Shown here: in pieces, positions 59,386-64,000 of the stretch | Layout of the letters: each line of letters opens with the position of its first letter | Position numbering within the stretch: position 1 is the stretch's first letter | Origin: the human T2T-CHM13v2.0 reference genome, Homo sapiens | Assembly (NCBI RefSeq): GCF_009914755.1 | Contig: NC_060941.1 | DNA length: 64,000 nucleotides | Direction: 5' to 3' (one strand) | Made by a program: the position numbers and the translations under genes | Notes under the pieces: model-generated | Databases searched by the model: none | Seen by the model: only the letters and a program-made list of their open reading frames with translations | What the model was told of the DNA's origin: nothing

Positions 59386-60901
59386 CAACCTTTTCTATTT
59401 CTCTATAGCGCCTACTAAAATGGGACTTGATATTATTTATTCATTGCTTAATTGTTTATGATCTATGTTCCCCACGGGAGGGCAAGGACTTTGACTTGTT
59501 TACTCCTATATCCCCAAACCTAGAACAGCGTCTGGCACAGAGCCAGCATGCAGTAAGTGTTGGTGGAAGGAATAAATGAAGGAATGAAGGAATGGTCGGG
59601 ATGAATTTCTTGCCTGTGGTTCACTGATGAGAAGCTGGGGAAGGCTGAAGCAAACTCACACGTGCCCCTGACCTCGGCTGCTCCTTCTGTCAGATAAACT
59701 CCTGTTTGTCCTCAAATTCCTGCTCCATTTCCACCTCCCCAAGGAGACTTGCCTAGTCCTTGACTCTGAGCCCACTTCCTGGGTGTTCTCGCTCCCCACC
59801 GCTGCTGCCTGTTTTTACAGCATCCATGTGGTCACTCCGTGAATGATTCTTTGTTGTTTCCTCCTGTCTCTCCCGTGAGATTGAAAGCACATCAAGGGCA
59901 GGCCTGTCACAAAGCCTCTTTGTGTTCTGTAGCTATGCGTGGAGCGAATGAACAAGGTTGGGCTTGTCTGGACCTGGGCACGGTCACTGAATGTTCTTGG
60001 CCTCTGTAAGGAAGGGCATCCCCTTGGCAGTTAGCAGGGCAGGCACAAGGGGCATAGCATCCCCAGAACATGATGAAGGGCACCTTTGAAAAGCTAGAGA
60101 GGCTTTGGATAGAGCTGGAATTGTCTGGTGACATGTGCTCATTCATACTACATGGTCATTATACTACGTGGTCTTAGAATATGTCAAATTCTCACCTTTT
60201 CATCCACCCACAATTCACTGAGTTCCCGTTCAGTGCCAGCTTCTGTGATGGGTAATAGTGGTGGGAAACATGCAGAACTGGATGATCAAGTTTAGAATGA
60301 GATCGTGCCTACTGTCGGAGCAGTCCAGGAGGGGTGACCCCAGGATCCCTTCTTCCTTTGCCTTCCATCTATTCTAAATTGTCTTCAGCTGGTGATGCAC
60401 CAGCTGGGCATCCAGACGTCAGCTGGCTTAAACAGACCGCTGTGCTTGCAACAAGCAAGACACTTCAGAACTTGCAGAATCACTGCATCCCTTTCTTAAA
60501 CCAAGACCCAACCCCACCATCTCTTTCTTTTCCTTTCTGGTTTGGCCTCTGTAGGTGTGACATCAGAGACACACCTCAGCGGATGTGACTCAGTGAGCAC
60601 CATTCAGACTCCCCAGGGCCACTCCCATGAGCTGGCCAGGTGGGCAGGCTTTGCTGAGCCTGTCTCCCCACCGGTCTGAGGTCTGCAGATTAGGCTTCCA
60701 GACAGGGAGCGGCAGGGCAGGCCCCTCAGTGGGAAGACAGGAGTGTCTGTATGGCCAGCCGGGAATCAAGAACCATTCACCCTCCACCAGCAAGGGTGGG
60801 GCTGCCCTGAGCTTTCAGGCAGCTGTTTTATGGAATTATTAATTTTAATGTACAGATGGTTTTATTTTCTGCTCATTTTCACATATTCTAAGAACCCTTA
60901 A

Positions 60902-61224
<323 letters not shown>

Positions 61225-62663
61225 TATAGTCTTAATATTCCCTATTTTAAAAAAATTCATGGCGGCCATACTAGAGCCCACGGGATATAGCGGAGAGCAC
61301 TGCCCTCATGGTCTTTAGATACACGTCTTTCATGGTTCTGTTGAATGACTTCCTTACAACACATTCCCAGGAGCAGAATTACCACATTAAAAGGTATGAA
61401 CATTTTCATAGCTCTGGAAGCGTATTGCCCAATTTCTCCCCTAAAAAGGTGGTGTTAATTTACACTGCCACTGGCAGTGTGTGTAAGCTGGTTTCAGCAC
61501 AGCTTCAACAGCATGAGACATTATAATTTTGTTAATGTTTGCTAATTTCATAGGTGTGAAATGAATGGCACATCAGGGGGACTTTAATTTGCGTTCCCTG
61601 GTGATCGTGAGGGTGAGCCTGTTTGGAGGTGCTGATGTGCACAGTCTGCCTAGTGGGGGCCTCTCCGCCCTGTCTCAGGCACTGTCTGTTTCTCAGCCTG
61701 TGTCTCCCCACACCTCTGCCTGCCTCCCGCCGACTGCTGTTCTTACTGTCCCTCTAAGCCTGTCTGTCTCAGTGTCTTAGCCTCTGATTCCTCTGAGTTT
61801 CTCTGGTTTCTAACTGGCCAGGTGTGGAGCTGGTTCATGGAGGTCCTAGCCAAGCCCTGACAAGCTGCAGTCTAGAGGCGGGGCGCAGGGTTCTGGGCAC
61901 AGGGCTCCAGGCTCCTGCCTCCAAGGGCTCCCTCCCTGGGGAGCTCCCTTTGTGAACTCACATGGTGCCCTGCCCTTCCTTCCACCAGGGCCTCACCAAA
62001 GGCCCCTTTCATTTCTCCAGGTAGCCTCAGCTGGGCTGACCTGCTCGATTGGATCCAGTGATTCTGAGATCCCAGAAGTAGCTGGGAGTGAGCAGGCTGT
62101 CCCTCAGTGACTCCCTCTTAGGAAGTATTCCAGAAGCCCCACCCTCAGGACAACTCACCAGACAGTGTTGTGTGTCCTGGCCGTTGGGGGTGTGTGGTCT
62201 GAAAGAGCCAGAAAGTGGTGTCCCCAAAGTCCAGATGTGTGGACAGTAGACAGGTCCACAGAGGTGACAATGGCGCCGCCTGCCTACCTTCTCCAACGAG
62301 CCCCTTACCTGAAGTGGCAGAAAGAGCTCACCTCTCAGGCCAAACCCCACTTGGCACCAGGTGGACGGGGGGCCACCGAGGCCCCATGGTTTAGCAGGGT
62401 CAGAGTGGGGCTGTCACCCTGCCCACTTTCAATGGCGTGGAAGAGTCTTCAACACTTGGGAAAGTTTCAGAAAGACTCTAGAGAGGCAGCTGGCTTCAAG
62501 GGAAGGCTGTGTGGATGTACTTGGCGAATCCTCATGATCAGTGAGTTGCTGACTCCGGGCTCTGGACCTGCCCTGTGGCTGCTTGTCTTTGAGGCAGGTC
62601 TTGAGGGCTCTCTGCAGTCATCTCTCAGGCCCTGTGGGTGGTGCCAGCCTATTAGAATCGTAG

Positions 62664-63013
<350 letters not shown>

Positions 63014-63348
63014 CTACCCTCTCATTTTATTTAACATTTTAACGTTAAGCTTTTAAAAAATTATACAAATAATGCATGCCTGTTTCTAGGATATTTGGAA
63101 AATACAGAAAACTATAAAGGAGAAAATATTAATCCTTCTATCCGTTCATCAAAGATAACTGCTATTCTATTTCAATATCAACCTTTTCTGTGCTCGCATA
63201 TTTTTATTATCACTACGACCATACATTATACGTGATGTATTTACCTCCGATTATATGCATTTTCAATATAACGAAATATTCTTTAAAAACACTGTTAATG
63301 ACTGCATAATAGTCTTTTGAGCTGACACACCTTAACTAATATTACCTA

Positions 63349-63890
<542 letters not shown>

Positions 63891-64000
63891 ACTAAAGTAA
63901 GCATCTTTATGCATAAATTTTTGTCCACAATTTCATTTTTCCCTTAGCTTAGATTCCTACTCATAGGGTATAGGCATGTTTTAAGATTTCGCATGTGTAT

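Overview
Human (primate) genomic DNA that I recognise from protein sequences as chromosome 17p13.1. In order: the 5' part of KIAA0753 (minus strand; non-coding exon 1 plus coding exons 2-9, gene continues left of the window); an intronless 1178-codon Gly-rich repeat ORF inside KIAA0753 intron 1 (27411-30947, minus); a CpG-island bidirectional promoter with an RFX X-box shared by KIAA0753 and TXNDC17; TXNDC17 (plus, 4 exons, WCPDC thioredoxin); MED31 (minus, 4 exons, convergent with TXNDC17, HERV-K LTR5 solo LTR in intron 3); the single-exon C17orf100 ORF (plus, head-to-head with MED31); a local duplicate of MED31 promoter/exon 1/intron 1; the MIR4520 perfect hairpin; further direct and inverted duplications; and the unprocessed ALOX15 pseudogene (exons 2-8 recognisable). 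The remainder is Alu/L1/L2/LTR/DNA-transposon-rich sequence. Most notable: the nested 1178-aa ORF, an intact-looking duplicate MED31 first exon, overlapping uORFs in the KIAA0753 leader, a 39-bp inverted copy flanking the KIAA0753 start-codon exon, and a complex rearrangement scar that apparently generated the MIR4520 hairpin. Gene names and repeat families come from memory, not from a database search; repeat boundaries are approximate.
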